From: Felis catus
Taxonomy: Eukaryota
DNA: 64,000 nucleotides
Reading direction: 5' to 3'
NCBI RefSeq assembly: GCF_018350175.1
Contig: NC_058369.1
Coordinates: 25,298,001-25,362,000, forward strand
In this document: piece by piece, positions 12,169 through 24,773 of the stretch
Layout of the letters: the number at the start of each line of letters is the position of its first letter
Numbering within the stretch: the first letter of the stretch is position 1
Made by a program: the position numbers and the translations under genes
Notes under the pieces: model-generated
Databases searched by the model: none
Told to the model about the DNA's origin: nothing
What the model saw: only the letters and a program-made list of their open reading frames with translations

Positions 12169-12910
12169 TCAGCCAGTTATCAATTTATTGAATCTCAAAT
12201 TCAAATTCATCCTTCATTATCTGATATGCAAAAATGGAGCTGGTTCATTTAAATACGGCACCATGTTGAATTTCATCAGGAGAGGGCGATGGAGAGACAT
12301 TGCAGGAAAAAGGAGGAAGGCATGGTCTGGTGTGTTCCTTCTGGTAGGCTCCCGCAGTATGGGCTGCTCCTCCAGCATCTGCAGTGTAGGCAGCTTCTCC
12401 AATGTCCAGTTCCTGCTGTGTAGACAACTTCTCCAATACCAGATTCTAGCTGCCGGCTCCTGCAGTATGCAGCATCCAGAAACACTAGTGCCTGGCAGCT
12501 TCCCCCTGGCACCCTTTTTGGACAGTTTCATAGTCGAGTGCCTCCAGTGAGATACCTTCCCATGAACAGTTTTCCTGGCACCATAGCGAGTGGGTTTCTG
12601 GCAAGTTCTGATAGCATGGGACCACAGTGACTTCTCTGCCATTTACTGAGCCACGGCTGTCCCCTCTCCAACTGGGTCTGAGTCTCTGCCCTGGAGGAAG
12701 GAGACTTTTCCTTGGGTTGTCTCTCTAAGCCCAGGGAAGTAGCTGCTCCTTAGATATGCTATTCCTATATTCTCTAGAGTTCTCTCTGCTTCTTACTAGC
12801 CAATCACTCATTTCTCCAATCCCTTGCTATAGTTAATAACTCTTTTTATTAAATTTTCCCTGTTCAAATTACTGTGGTTTCTGTCTCCTAATTGGACCCA
12901 GACTAGTCTG
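12169..12910 (+). mobile_element. LTR33-like ERVL 3' LTR
   Basis: Start GCCAGTTATCAATTTATTG; end ATTAAATTTTCCCTGTTCAAATTACTGTGGTTTCTGTCTCCTAATTGGACCCAGACT. Confidence 0.78.
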
Positions 12911-13517
12911 CACATAAAACAGTTTCAGAATTGCTAACTCATTCCCCTGTGAGACCCATAGAGAGGAACAATTTTACCGACTAAACTACAATCTCTGTGT
13001 ACAGTCCTTCCACCTTTTGTCTTATAGTATCGAAATATCATTTTTCAGTTACTTCCATTAGGTGTTCTCTTCCCCATCTCCTCCAGTGTGGTTATATTAT
13101 TTGCCTGTAATACACTTAGATTTCTTATTGTTGGTGTTCCTTGTTGGGTTTTCTTCTCATCCTGGTTGATTTGAATGATTTATTTATTCTGGGAGTATGT
13201 AAACTGATTCTAAGAATCACAACTACATAAAAGGGCTTAGATATACTCAGAATGAGTGTGGCCACCTCATTCCCACTACTTGTTCCCATTCCCTCCTTCT
13301 TTATGTCCCATCTCTGTATACCCACCTTCAACTAATCTTTTTTTTAATCTAATATTTAGCATGTGGTTTAGCCTTCCTTTTGCCAGTTGATATATGAGGG
13401 CTCATAGATGAGTCATAAGCCTTCTTAGAAGCCAAAGACTCAGTTCATAGTCCTCCTGTCCCTGTTTTGTTTGGAGCCCAGGGTAGCCCATTCTGAAGCT
13501 TAATAAAAAGAAATATT

Positions 13518-13700
13518 GAGGCACCTGGGTGGCTCAATTGGTTAAGTGCCTGACTTCAGTTCAGGTCATGATCTCACAGTTTGTGAGTTCAAGTCCCACG
13601 TTGGGCTCTGTGTTGTCAGCACGGATCCCACTTGAGATTCTCTGTCCTCCTTTCTCTCTGCCCCTTTCCCTCTCTCAAAACTAAATAAGCATTAAATATA
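13518..13700 (+). mobile_element. Can-SINE
   Basis: Head GGCACCTGGGTGGCTCA, CT tract, A tail. Confidence 0.88.
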
Positions 13701-14188
13701 TATATACATATATTTTTCCGGAGTTGACCACTAAAAGTAATGTTGTGGGGAAAACTGGCCATTTCTATTAAAACAAAACATATGTAGAATTTCTCATTTC
13801 TTCTGCAAGGCCATTCTGCTTTATGAATATTTAACCTTGGGGAAAAAAGTCACATTCGCATATCGGTAGGTATATACAAACTTGCTTTCTGTCATGTTTT
13901 TAATGGTGAAAAGAAAAAAGTAGTCAGAAGCAACCTTAATGTCTATGAATAGAGAAATAGCTAAAAACATGCATGGAATAGCCAACTTGGCACACTATAC
14001 AATTCATCAGGGTTGTTCATTTTAATAAGGTAGAGTTATGGAGAACTTAGAAAAAAAGCTCTAAGACATGTTGATGGGGTGGGGGGGAGAGAAAGCTAGT
14101 TATAGAATGATAAATATGGATTAATACCATTTATGAAAAATCAACAAATAACAATTGGAGATAACAATACCACATATATTGGATACCA

Positions 14189-14198
14189 CATATATATA

Positions 14199-14251
<53 letters not shown>
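14189..14251. repeat. (TA)n/(TG)n compound microsatellite
   Basis: Read directly. Confidence 0.9.
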
Positions 14252-14441
14252 GAAAGCTTGGAAGCATGTATATCAAATCAAAAAAGTGATTTAATTTGGC
14301 AGGGGCTGGGAAGAGAAGACTGGAGATTTGGGGTGGAGAGAGGGTTTCAAAAGGAATTTTAATCTGCAATGTGTTCAGTTTTTCAGTGTTAATGTATTCA
14401 TGTGTTATTTATATAATATTCTTTAAAATTAAGACAAACAA

Positions 14442-14660
14442 AGGGTGCCTGGGTGGCTCAGTCGGTTAAGCGGCAGACTTCAGCTCAGGTCACGATCTTA
14501 TGTGGTCGGTGAGTTCGAGCCCCGCATTGGGCTCTGTGCTGACAGTTTAGAGCGTGGAGCCTGCTTCAGATTCTATGTCTCCCTCTCTCTCTGCCCCTCC
14601 CCCCGCTCGCACTCTGTCTCTGTCTCTCAAAAATAAAATAAACATTCAAAAAAATTAAAC
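14442..14660 (+). mobile_element. Can-SINE
   Basis: Complete head, body and tail. Confidence 0.9.
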
Positions 14661-16046
14661 AAATAAAGCATTGACTACATTAACTAAATCTCAAAATCCT
14701 CAGAAAGAGACTACAACCTATTGTGGAAACAGGTGACACACTCAAATACTCAGTATCTGCCCTTCCTAGAAAAAATTCCAGAAATGACTGAGAGTTTCTA
14801 CCTCTCCCTCTCCCATTAAATGTAAGAATCCTTTCCTGAAAGTTGTCTGCCACTAAGGCTTGTTGTCAGCTAATGAAAGCAAGTAATATAAGTAACACAA
14901 TAACTTAGAATCTGGATTTACAGTGAACACCATATACCTATTACCTGTATTCTATAGTTAATATTCAGCTAATTCAGCTCTATCACATTAGATCACTGAA
15001 TGAAAACCCCAATATGCACGGTCTACTTTGATTTTTTTTCTTTGCTGAGCTGTAGGATGGATATTCAACCTGAGGAAAGCAACTAATGGCTAACAGGGTC
15101 CAGGTATCCCAAGGCCTTTGCTTTCTGTTTAAACCATTTGATGATGAAGGTGGAAAAAACCAACATTCCCACATCAAGGTTGTTAAATACATTACCAGAG
15201 ATAAAGAGTATATAAAATACCTTCAAGTTTGTATTTAAATTATTTTCCTCTGGGGGGAAATAAAAAATAAAACTAGAGCCTTAGCCTTATTACTTTAATA
15301 GTAATTTTTTAAAAAGATTAAAATGATAATGAGCAAGAAAGCTGACTAAGCCACTAATCAAAGACACAGACACAAATACAATTAGTGTTTTGGGCGAGTT
15401 GCTCTGAGGATTCTTGGCTAATCCTGAGATATCCAGAGGCTTCACTTGGGGAGCCCCATCCCCGCCCGGACACAAAAAGGCACTTCCTGCCACTGCTCTC
15501 TGGTTTTTTGTGTAGCTTGAGTTAAGACCATGCAAAATAAACAACGGAATTTTGTCCAGGCGTCACATTCCCTTCTGGGAGGAAATTACTACACTCGTTT
15601 TGTAGCTCCTCTGTTTGGAGTTTATTTTCTGGTTTTTAATTTTTAAACCCCCTAGGCCCTTTCCCGCTTTTTAGGAAAATTACTCGTGTTTTCTAACTTT
15701 ATAGACTCAAAGTTGTACCTTTTGAAAACCTCTCTTTGAGGAAATTTGCACAAACAGCAAAGAAACCTGGTTGAGTGAGATTCAACTTCCCCTCATCAAA
15801 TGCACATCATCTATGCACCTGGAATCATACTTCATCCAGTAAGAAAAACACATTATAAAGTAGTATGTGTAGTATGATTCTACTTGGGCAAAATGCATGT
15901 GTACTCATGTAGAGAATGTCTGGAAGGATGGTAACATCTCATGGCGGTGAGATTGCCAATGATTAATTTCTTTTTTTTACTTGTCTGTATTGTTTGCATT
16001 TTAAATATTGAGAATATATTGTTTTCATAATAAAAATAACATTTTC

Positions 16047-16271
16047 AGGGTGCCTGGGTGGCTCGGTCAGTTGTGTGTCTGACTCTTGGTTTCGGCTCAG
16101 ATCATGATCTTAGGGTTCGTGAGTTTGAGCTCTGTGATGGCAGCGAGGGGCCTGCTTCGGATTCTATCCTTCTCCTTTTCTTTCTGCCCCTCCCCACCTT
16201 TTGCAAGCACGTGCGCTCTCTCTTGCTCACTCTCTCTCTCTCTCAAAATAAATAAATAAACTTAAAAAAAA
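16047..16271 (+). mobile_element. Can-SINE
   Basis: Complete head, body and tail. Confidence 0.88.
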
Positions 16272-16389
16272 AGAATACTCTCATCTTGAAGTAGTAGGGG
16301 TGAGTAGGGGATAAAATAAGTGGAACAGAAGGGGATGCAAGCAGAAACAAAAGAATGCACCAGGACTGAGGTTAGTACTCAGAATCCTC

Positions 16390-16482
16390 ACATCTCACCC
16401 TCCAGAAGCCTCCTGTCTTGTCCCTCTGCCTACCTTCTTGCTTTACAGTCATCCATTCTGTACACAGCAGCCAGAGTGATTT

Positions 16483-16519
<37 letters not shown>

Positions 16520-16990
16520 TTTTTCAATGTTTTTTATTTATTTTTGGGACAGAGAGAGACAGAGCATGAACGGGGGAGGGGCAGAGAGAGAGGGAGACAC
16601 AGAATCAGAAACAGGCTCCAGGCTCCGAGCCATCAGCCCAGAGCCTGACGCGGGGCTCGAACTCACGGACCGCGAGATCGTGACCTGGCTGAAGTCGGAC
16701 GCCTAACCGACTGCGCCACCCAGGCGCCCCAAGAGTGATTTTCTTAAAGTGACAATCTGATCTGGAGTTCTACCCACTTAAAACCTTCAGTGGCTCCTAG
16801 CTGTACTTAGATAAAAACCCAATCTCCTTATCCCAGCCTCAAGGCCCTGCCTGTTGTGGTCCTTGCTTCTTCATCTCCTGCCTCTCAGTCTTTTTCTCAC
16901 TTTATTGCTAGTTCCTGGAACACTCTTTCCTACCTCAGGGCCTTTGCACTTGTTCCTTGTGCTCAGATAGCTCTTCCCTCGGCTCCTCAT
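16390..16990 (+). mobile_element. L2 fragment (host of the SINE at 16487)
   Basis: CACAGCAGCCAGAGTGATTTT...CTCAGGGCCTTTGCACTTG L2 motifs. Confidence 0.75.
16487..16730 (-). mobile_element. Young SINEC_Fc-type SINE
   Basis: Perfect TSD AGAGTGATTTTCTT 16473-16486 / 16732-16745; long T tract. Confidence 0.95.
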
Positions 16991-17799
16991 CAGCCTCTGT
17001 TCCTCGGAGTCTCCAGCGGTAGGGTCCAAGGAATCTGCATTTTAAATATGTACTTGAGATTCTCATGTACACTCATGTTGGAGAGTCCCTATTCCAGAGT
17101 ACTGGCTTTTGATGAATATTCAAGGGGCAGAGAGTTCAGGATAAACTTCTGGAAGATACCTGGAGTTATTCTCTCTCAGCCCCCTGTGAGGCTACCTAAA
17201 TCCTCTGGGCTTCAAAAAGGACATAGGTGTGGCAGCTCACAGAAGGATGGGATGTTAGGGTCTCAAAGTTCCTCTACCAAAGGTAACGATGGCTGAAATT
17301 TCAGCTAGGAAGATTTTTTAGTGGTGACTATTACTTATTCATCTATTGGTAAATTAAACATAAAATACCTACAGCAAGTTAGCCCATCCTCTGAGCTTGG
17401 GTTTGGAAACTGACCTGGGAAGAGTTCCGAGGCAGGTATGTTCAGGTTTCTGTCTTGGGCATTCACTGCCTGAGAACTGGTGCATTCTGGAGGGCCCTGT
17501 CGGACAGACAGATGATGGGGGCAGGAGGGTGCGGAAGGTACTGTAAACATGAAACAAACAAACGCTCTCTGAGCTTGTGCTGAGGGCAAGCCCCCATGCT
17601 AGGCACAGGTATGTGGGGGAGGACCCCACAAGACACACCCAGGTCTGCCCAGCCTGCCCACGAGGGCTCATGGTGAGCCATCAGAGAAGCTTGTCATGGG
17701 CAAAGTGGTTAAGGTAGTTTTATTTTTTATTGTTGTTGAGGAATTTACCTAGTCCCACCTGGTGGGCATAAACAGAAGTCAGAACTTTACTAGGAGGCT

Positions 17800-18249
17800 G
17801 TGGCAGGAAAAGCAATAGAGAGTCATTAATTTTGTTGGCCTCTCCTATGATTCCTTTCAGGAACCCCCCCCCCCCACTCCCTGTGGTTTTGGGGCTCACC
17901 AGTCAAGGTGGCCCCATCTCTCTTACCCCACGAGCTGGACCAATCACAGTCCTTCCTGGATCTTCTTGACAGAATCTAGGAGGCAGGCTTTCTTTCTGTT
18001 GGGCTTGCTAAACTGGCCAGAGATGACCCTTGTGCTGTCCAGTTCCATCACACCCACCCAGCAGAGAAAGCCCGAGTGACAAAGAGAGAGAGCCGCAATG
18101 ATATCATTCAAGCCCCTAGATCCAGACGGACCTGAAGCTAGACCCACTCCTAATCTTTCCACGGTAGGTACTAATAACCCCCCTTAGTGCTTCGATTAGT
18201 TCGAGCTCAGTTTCTTCTCTTGCAACAGAAAGAGGCCTGACTAATGCAT
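17800..18249 (+). mobile_element. Old MaLR (MLT1-type) LTR
   Basis: 3' end CTTGCAACAGAAAGAGGCCTGACTAATGCA; GGACCAATCA and CCTGAAGC motifs. Confidence 0.55.
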
Positions 18250-18499
18250 AGGACTTAGACTGTTTCTTCCATTATTATTCCAAGTCTCCAAATAAAAAAT
18301 GTGCTATTGGCAGAAAGTCATCTTTGTAATGTAATAGTGAGGCCAATCTCATAATGTAGATGGGCAATGTTACAATCCTACAGGGTGTGGGGCTTCTATA
18401 AATAATGGGCCAGGCACAGCCCTACCATTTATGGTTCTCAGAAGCTGTTCTTGGGTGCGGGAGTGTCACAGTCTCTTACCAACAAATGCTCTGGTCTCA

Positions 18500-20828
18500 T
18501 ACACCATGAATCCCCACTATTACTTCCAATTCTAGTCCAACACCACGGGGTTCATTCCAGCTTTCCTCCTTTCCATATTTGTAACTCCCTTTCCCACCAG
18601 TGACAAACTGGCTCCCACTGTACTCAACATACTTACTGACTTGCTCAGACCTACAATGCATAGAGAATAGCTTCAGAATGGCTAATCCATACCACTACAA
18701 AAGCAAGCCTACTAACTAGAGCTCAATATTTGTTTACAGTTTTTTGTCATTAGTCTCAGGGGATATAGCCAAAACACAGTGTGCAACAGTTGTCCCTGCC
18801 CTATTTCGCTATGTTTATGTTTTTCATTTGAAATAACACTAAGTTCATTGTTTCCGCTTCTATTTAAATTTAAGGGATTTTTTTTTCTTCCATCCTTGTT
18901 GATATTAATTTTTGAGTATGTGAAACATGAATACAGTCCTGAGAGAAAACTATGTGTAATATATATTCAGACAAGTGTAACCCCTATTCCCACCTCTTCC
19001 ACCCTGTTCCTCTGCTTCTGTCCTCTCCACCCGTCCCTACCCCCCAAAGGGGTCTCATTTCCTGGTTTATCCTTCCTGTGTTTCTCTGTTTAAAAATAAG
19101 CAGATATATCTATGTGTTCTTACTGTTCCTTCTTTTCACACTATGGACACTCTTTAGCACTACTCTTTGTTCACTTAATAATATGTATCCTGCATATAGC
19201 TTCTTATTGGCTCATAGAGATGTTAAATCTTTTTTACAGCCATGTCGTGTTCCATTGTGTGCATGTACTATGGTTTACGAAACTATTCTTCTATGTATGA
19301 GCATTTCGGTTGTTTCCAATAGTTTGCAATGACAAATAGTGCTTCAGGGCATATAAGCATATATATGGCATAAGGATTTTTGTGTTATTGGAAATTTTCG
19401 TTTTCTTTTTTTTTTTTTTAAGTAAACTGTGTTCTGAATGTGGGGCTCAAACTCATGACCCTGAGATCAAGAGTCACATGCCCTACCAACTGAGCCAGTA
19501 CCCCTGAAAATGTTTCTTTAAAGTAAATCTCTAGAAGTTGGATTGCTGAGTCAAAAGTAAAACACAAGTCATTTTAATTTTTTTTACTATTTATTTATTT
19601 AGAGACAGAGAGAGAGTGTGTGCATTTGTGCAAGCAGGAGAGGGGCAGAAAGAGAAGGACAGAGAGAATCCCAAGAAAGCTCTGCACTGTCAGCGTGGAG
19701 CCTGACATGGGGCTTGATCCCACGAACCATGAAATCATGACCTGAGCCAAAATCAAGAGTCAGACACTTAACCAACTGAGCCACCCAGGCACCCCGTATG
19801 TCATTCTTTACACATTGTCAGATTTCTCCTTAAATGAGTTATAGTAATTTGCATACCTACCACCAGTGAAACTGCCTATTTCTCCACAGTCTTGCCAGCA
19901 GAATGCTTTGTCAAACTTTCAAGTTAGTGCTTCTCTAATAGGAAAGACACAGTATCTCAGTGTAGTTTTTTTCATATTTATTTATTTAAGTAATGTCTAC
20001 ACCCAGTGTGGGGCTTGAGCTCATGACCCCAAGATGAGGAGTCACATGAGCCAGGCAGAGCCAGCCAGATGCCCCACCAAAAAATTTCTATGTGATGAAA
20101 ACATTTTGGTATGCAGTTCTATCACTTTTAACATATGTATAGATTCTTTTTTTTTCATGTTTATTTTTGAGACAAAGAGAGACAGAGTATGAATGGGGGA
20201 GGGTCAGAGAGAGAGACACACAGAATCTGAAACAGGCTCCAGGCTCTGAGCTGTCAGCACAGAGCCTGATGCGGGGCTTGAACTCACAGGCTGCGAGATC
20301 ATGACCTGAGCCAAAGTCAGACACTTAACCGACTGAGCCACCCAGGCGCCCTAGATTCTTGTAACCACAGTGAAGACATGGAACTCCCAATCCACTCCAT
20401 GACTCCCCCAAATTTACTCATGGGACCCCTTTTTAGTCAGACACTCTCTTCACCTATAAACCCTAGTCACCACTGATCTGTTCTCCATTCCTCATGTGAC
20501 TTGTCCAGTGTCATATGAATGGAATTATACAGTATGTAACCTTTTGAGACTTACTTTTTTCATCTAGCATAGTATCTTTGAGAGTCACCCACACTGCTCT
20601 GTGCATCAATAGTTCACTTCTTGGTACTGCCCATCAGTGTCCCTCTGTACTGATGCACCTCTGTGTGCTTATCTATTCACCTAATGAAAGACATTTGGAT
20701 TATTTGCAGTTTTTTCTGATTATAAGCAAAACTTCTATAAATATCTGTGTACAGTTTTAGAGATAAATGCCTAGAAGTGGGATTGCTAAGTTATTTGGTA
20801 AACATATGTTTAACTTTATAAGAAACTG
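18500..20828 (-). mobile_element. Old L1 fragments with four minus-strand SINEs (about 19405-19505, 19572-19795, 19975-20075, 20146-20351)
   Basis: L1 3' motifs (GGATTGCTGAGTCAAA, TGGAATTATACAGTATGTAACCTTTTGAGAC); SINE heads and tails. Confidence 0.7.
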
Positions 20829-20829
20829 A

Positions 20830-22415
20830 AACCATCGAACTCCCTAGAAGAAAATATAGGTGGTAAGCTCCTTGACGTCGGTCTTGGTGATGATTTTTTG
20901 GACTTGACACCAAAAAAGGCAAGAAAAACAAAAAATGAACAAGTGGAACACTACATCACACCAAAAGCTTCTGCACCAGCAAAAGGAAACCACCAACAAA
21001 ATGTAAAGGCAATTTATTGAATGGGAGAAAATATTTGCAAATTATATATTTAAAGAGGGTTAATACCCAAAATACATAAAGAACTTATACAACTCAGTAA
21101 CAAAAAACAAACAGTCTGATTAAAAAATGAGCAGAGGTGGGCACCTGGCTGGCTCAAGTCTGTGAAGCATCTGACTCTTGATCTTGGGGTTGTAAATTCA
21201 AGTCCCACCAGATTACTCAAAAGAATAAATAAATAAAATCTTTAAATAAATGGGCAGAGGAACTAAATAGACATTTTTTCAAAGACATACAGATGGCCAG
21301 CAGGTACATGAACAGGTACTCACCATCACTAGCCATCAGGAAAATGCAAATCAAAAGCATAATGAGATATCACCTCACACATGGTAGAATGGCTAATATC
21401 AAAAAGATAAAAAATAAAAAGTGTTGGCGAGAATGTGGAAAAAAGGAAACCTTTGTCCACTGTTGGTGGGAATGTAAATTGGTGTAGCCACTAGGGAAAA
21501 CAGTATGGGGATTCCTCAAAAATTAAAAATAAGGGCACCTGGTTGGCTCAGCCAGTTAAGTGTCCAAGTCTTGATTTGGACTCAGGTCATGATCTCATGA
21601 GTTCGAGCCCTGTGTTGGGCTCCACACTGGGTATGGAGCCTCCTTGAGATTCTCTCTCTCCCTCTCCCTCTGCCCCTCCTCCACTCTCTCTCTTTTTCAA
21701 AATAAAAATAAATATAGAACTATCATATGATCCAGCAATTCTGCTTCTGAGTATTTGACCAAAGGAAATGATAGCACTAACTCTAAAAGATACACGCACT
21801 CTTATATTCATTGTAACATTATTTATAATAGCCAAAACATGGAAGCAACTTAAGTGTCTGTCAATGGATAAATGGACAAAGAAAATGTAGAATATATATA
21901 CAATGGAATATTATTCAGTCATAAAAAGATGGAAATCTTGCTATTTGCAACAACATAGAATGCCCTTGAAGGCATTATGCAAGTGAAATAAGTCAGAGAA
22001 AGACAAATACCAAATGGTCTCACTTATATGTGGACTCTTTAAGGAAAAAAAAACTGAACTCATAGAAACAGAAAACAGATTGGTGGTTGCCAGAGGCAGG
22101 GAGTAGGAAGTGGGCAAAATGGGTGAAGATGGTGAAAAGGTACAAACTTCCAGTTGTAAAATAAATATGTCTTGGTATTACCAAGTAATGTACAGCATGA
22201 TGACTATAGTTAATAAAACTTTGTTGTATATCTGAAAGTTGCTAAGAGAGTAAATATTAAGTTATTATCATGAGAAGAAAATAATTTGTAGCCATATATG
22301 GTAATGGATATTAACTAGACTTACTGTGGTGATCATTTCACAAATGTACAACTATTGAATCATTATGTTGTGTACCTGAAACAAATATACTGTTATATAT
22401 TAATTATATCTCAAT
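20830..22415 (+). mobile_element. L1 (L1MA9/L1_Carn-like) ORF2 3' part plus 3' UTR, with SINEs at about 21137-21245 and 21532-21712
   Basis: [12 protein letters not shown]...KCWRECGKKETFVHCWWECKLV; ends AATTATATCTCAAT. Confidence 0.85.
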
Positions 22416-22593
22416 CCTTTTAAAAAGGGGGAAAAAGTTTTTTCAGATATTTCCAGTATTTGAGTCATCTTGGGGATGGTATCTGTTTATTTTCCCATGA
22501 TAATATGTCAGACTTTTGTGTTTCTTTGTATGTCAGGTAATTTTGGATTGCATCCTGGCCATTTGTATATTATGTTATGATACTCTAAGTCTT

Positions 22594-23343
22594 TTTTTAA
22601 ATTTTTTTAAATGTTTATTTATTATTGAGAGACAGAGAGAGACAAAGCATGAGTATGGGAGGGGCAGAGAGAGGTGGAGACACAGAATCTGAAGCAGGCT
22701 CCAGGCTCTGAGCTGTCAGCACAGAGCCTGACGCGGGGCTGGAACTCACAAACCGCGAGACCATGGCCTGAGCTGACGTTGGACGCCTAACCAACTGAGC
22801 CACCCAGGAACCCCTGATACTCTAAGTCTTGTTTCATCCCTATGGACAATTTTTTTAAGTTTATGTATTTGTTTTAAGAGAGAGATAGCGTGAGTGGGGG
22901 AGGGGCAGAGAGACAGAGGGAAAGAGAGCATATGCCAAACAGGCTCCGCACTGCCAGGGCAGAACCCGATTCAGGGCTGAACTCATGACACAGCGAGATT
23001 ATGACTTGAGCAGAACCCAGGAGTCAGACGCTTAACCGACTGAACCATCTAGGTGTCCTGATAATTTTTTTTAAGCAGGCAATTGACCTGGTTAGGTACG
23101 GATTGCAAGTTCTGATCTGCCTTCTTCTTATTATTATTATTTTTCTTAATGTTTATTTTTGAGAGAGAGAGAGAAAGTGTGAGTGTGCCAGCAGGGGAGG
23201 GGTAGAGAGATAGGAAGACAGAATTCGAAGCAGGCTTTGCACTGAGAGCAGAGAGCCCAATGTGGGGACGGAACTCACAAACCCTGAGATCATGACCTGA
23301 GTTAAATTGGGTGCTTAACTGACTGAGCCACCCGGGCACCCCC
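22594..23343 (-). mobile_element. Three Can-SINEs (22594-22814, about 22850-23058, about 23128-23343)
   Basis: First has TSD TGATACTCTAAGTCTT 22578-22593 / 22815-22830. Confidence 0.9.
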
Positions 23344-23723
23344 GATCTGTGTTCTGTGGGCTGCATTTCCAATGTCAATTTAATTTTCATTGCCTTTGTG
23401 GTGCCCTTAGATCTATCCTGCATGTGTGCCACCCACAGGCCAGCTGATACGTTGACAGTTACCTATCCTGTTTAGTTCTCAAAGATTTTGATGCGTGCTC
23501 AGCACAGGAGAAGTCCAGGAAGTTGTTCATAACTTTATAAGATTACCTTCTGAAGCCTTGTCTCTGTGATCACTCCTCTCCTCTAGTTCACAGGGGTTCC
23601 CCTTTCTAGTCCTCTGGCCAGCCAGGGCTTTAGTCTCCCCTTTGCTATGCATTTCCTATGACTATAACTGCTTCTGCAGCCAAGCGGTGGGAAGATCGGG
23701 AGATTTAAATAAAAGAAATGGAT

Positions 23724-23801
23724 GAGGTGCCTGGGTGGCTCAGTCAGTTAAGCTTCCAACTTCAATCTCAGCTCAGGTCTTGATCTCAGGGTTGTGAATT
23801 C
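23724..23801 (+). mobile_element. Can-SINE head fragment
   Basis: GAGGTGCCTGGGTGGCTCAGTCAGTTAAG...GTTGTGAATTCA. Confidence 0.8.
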
Positions 23802-23924
23802 AGAAAGAAAGAAAGAAAGAAAGAAAGAAGGAAGGAAGGAAGGAAGGAAGGAAGGAAGGAAGGAAGGAAGGAAGGAAGAGAGAAAGAAAGAGAGAAAGAG
23901 AGAAAGAGAGAAAGAGAGAAAGAG

Positions 23925-24007
<83 letters not shown>

Positions 24008-24035
24008 GAGGGAGGGGGGAGGAAAGAAAAGGAAA
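23801..24035. repeat. (GAAA)n/(GGAA)n/(GA)n pure-purine compound microsatellite
   Basis: Read directly; about 235 nt of only A/G. Confidence 0.95.
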
Positions 24036-24087
24036 TGGAGATTCCCTCTATGCTCTTTGAACTATGGTTCAAACTGTGGTTCATCAA

Positions 24088-24301
24088 GGGGCGCCTGGGT
24101 GGCGCAGTCGGTTAAGCGTCCGACTTCAGCCAGGTCACGATCTCACGGTCCGTGAGTTTGAGCCCCCACGTTGGGCTCTGGGCTGATGGCTCAGAGCCTG
24201 GAACCTGTTTCTGATTCTGTGTCTGCCTCTCTCTGCCCCTCCCCCGTTCATGCTCTGTCTCTCTCTGTCCCAAAAATAAATAAACGTTGAAAAAAAAAAC
24301 A
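24088..24301 (+). mobile_element. SINEC_Fc-type SINE
   Basis: Flanking repeat AAACTGTGGTTC 24071 / 24302. Confidence 0.92.
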
Positions 24302-24773
24302 AAACTGTGGTTCCTCTGGTCAGAGTGAAGAATTATCTTTGCTCTGAGAGTGAGGACAGAATAGAATGGGTTTAACCCATCTTAATTGGAACTGAAGGGT
24401 TCTTGGTGTGATTTTAATTTGCATTTCTCTTATAATAAGTGAATTTGACATTTTTTGGTATCTTTAAACAAAGTCCATATTAAAATGTCTTTAATTTCTT
24501 GTTCATATGTTTTGTTCATTTTTCTACTGGATCTTTGGTCTTCTTTATCTTCAAATATTTAAGGGTTATTAGCTATTTACCTGTTATATATGCAGAAAAT
24601 ATTTTCTCCCAGTTTTTCATCTTTTACTTTGCTTATATTTTTAACCATGAAAAAAGTTTTTATTTTTCTATAATTAGATTTATCAGTCTTTTCCTTTATT
24701 AAATCTGGTTTTTGGATCAGTTAGAAAACTTTTCTTTCCTTATGTACAGATTATAAAGAAATTCACTGCTGTC

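Noticed and set aside
12188..12642. Overlapping ORFs of 120-141 aa on both strands
   Set aside because: Lie inside the LTR33-like LTR; no protein family recognised
23794..24087. K/E/R-rich and F/L/S-rich ORFs
   Set aside because: Translations of the purine microsatellite
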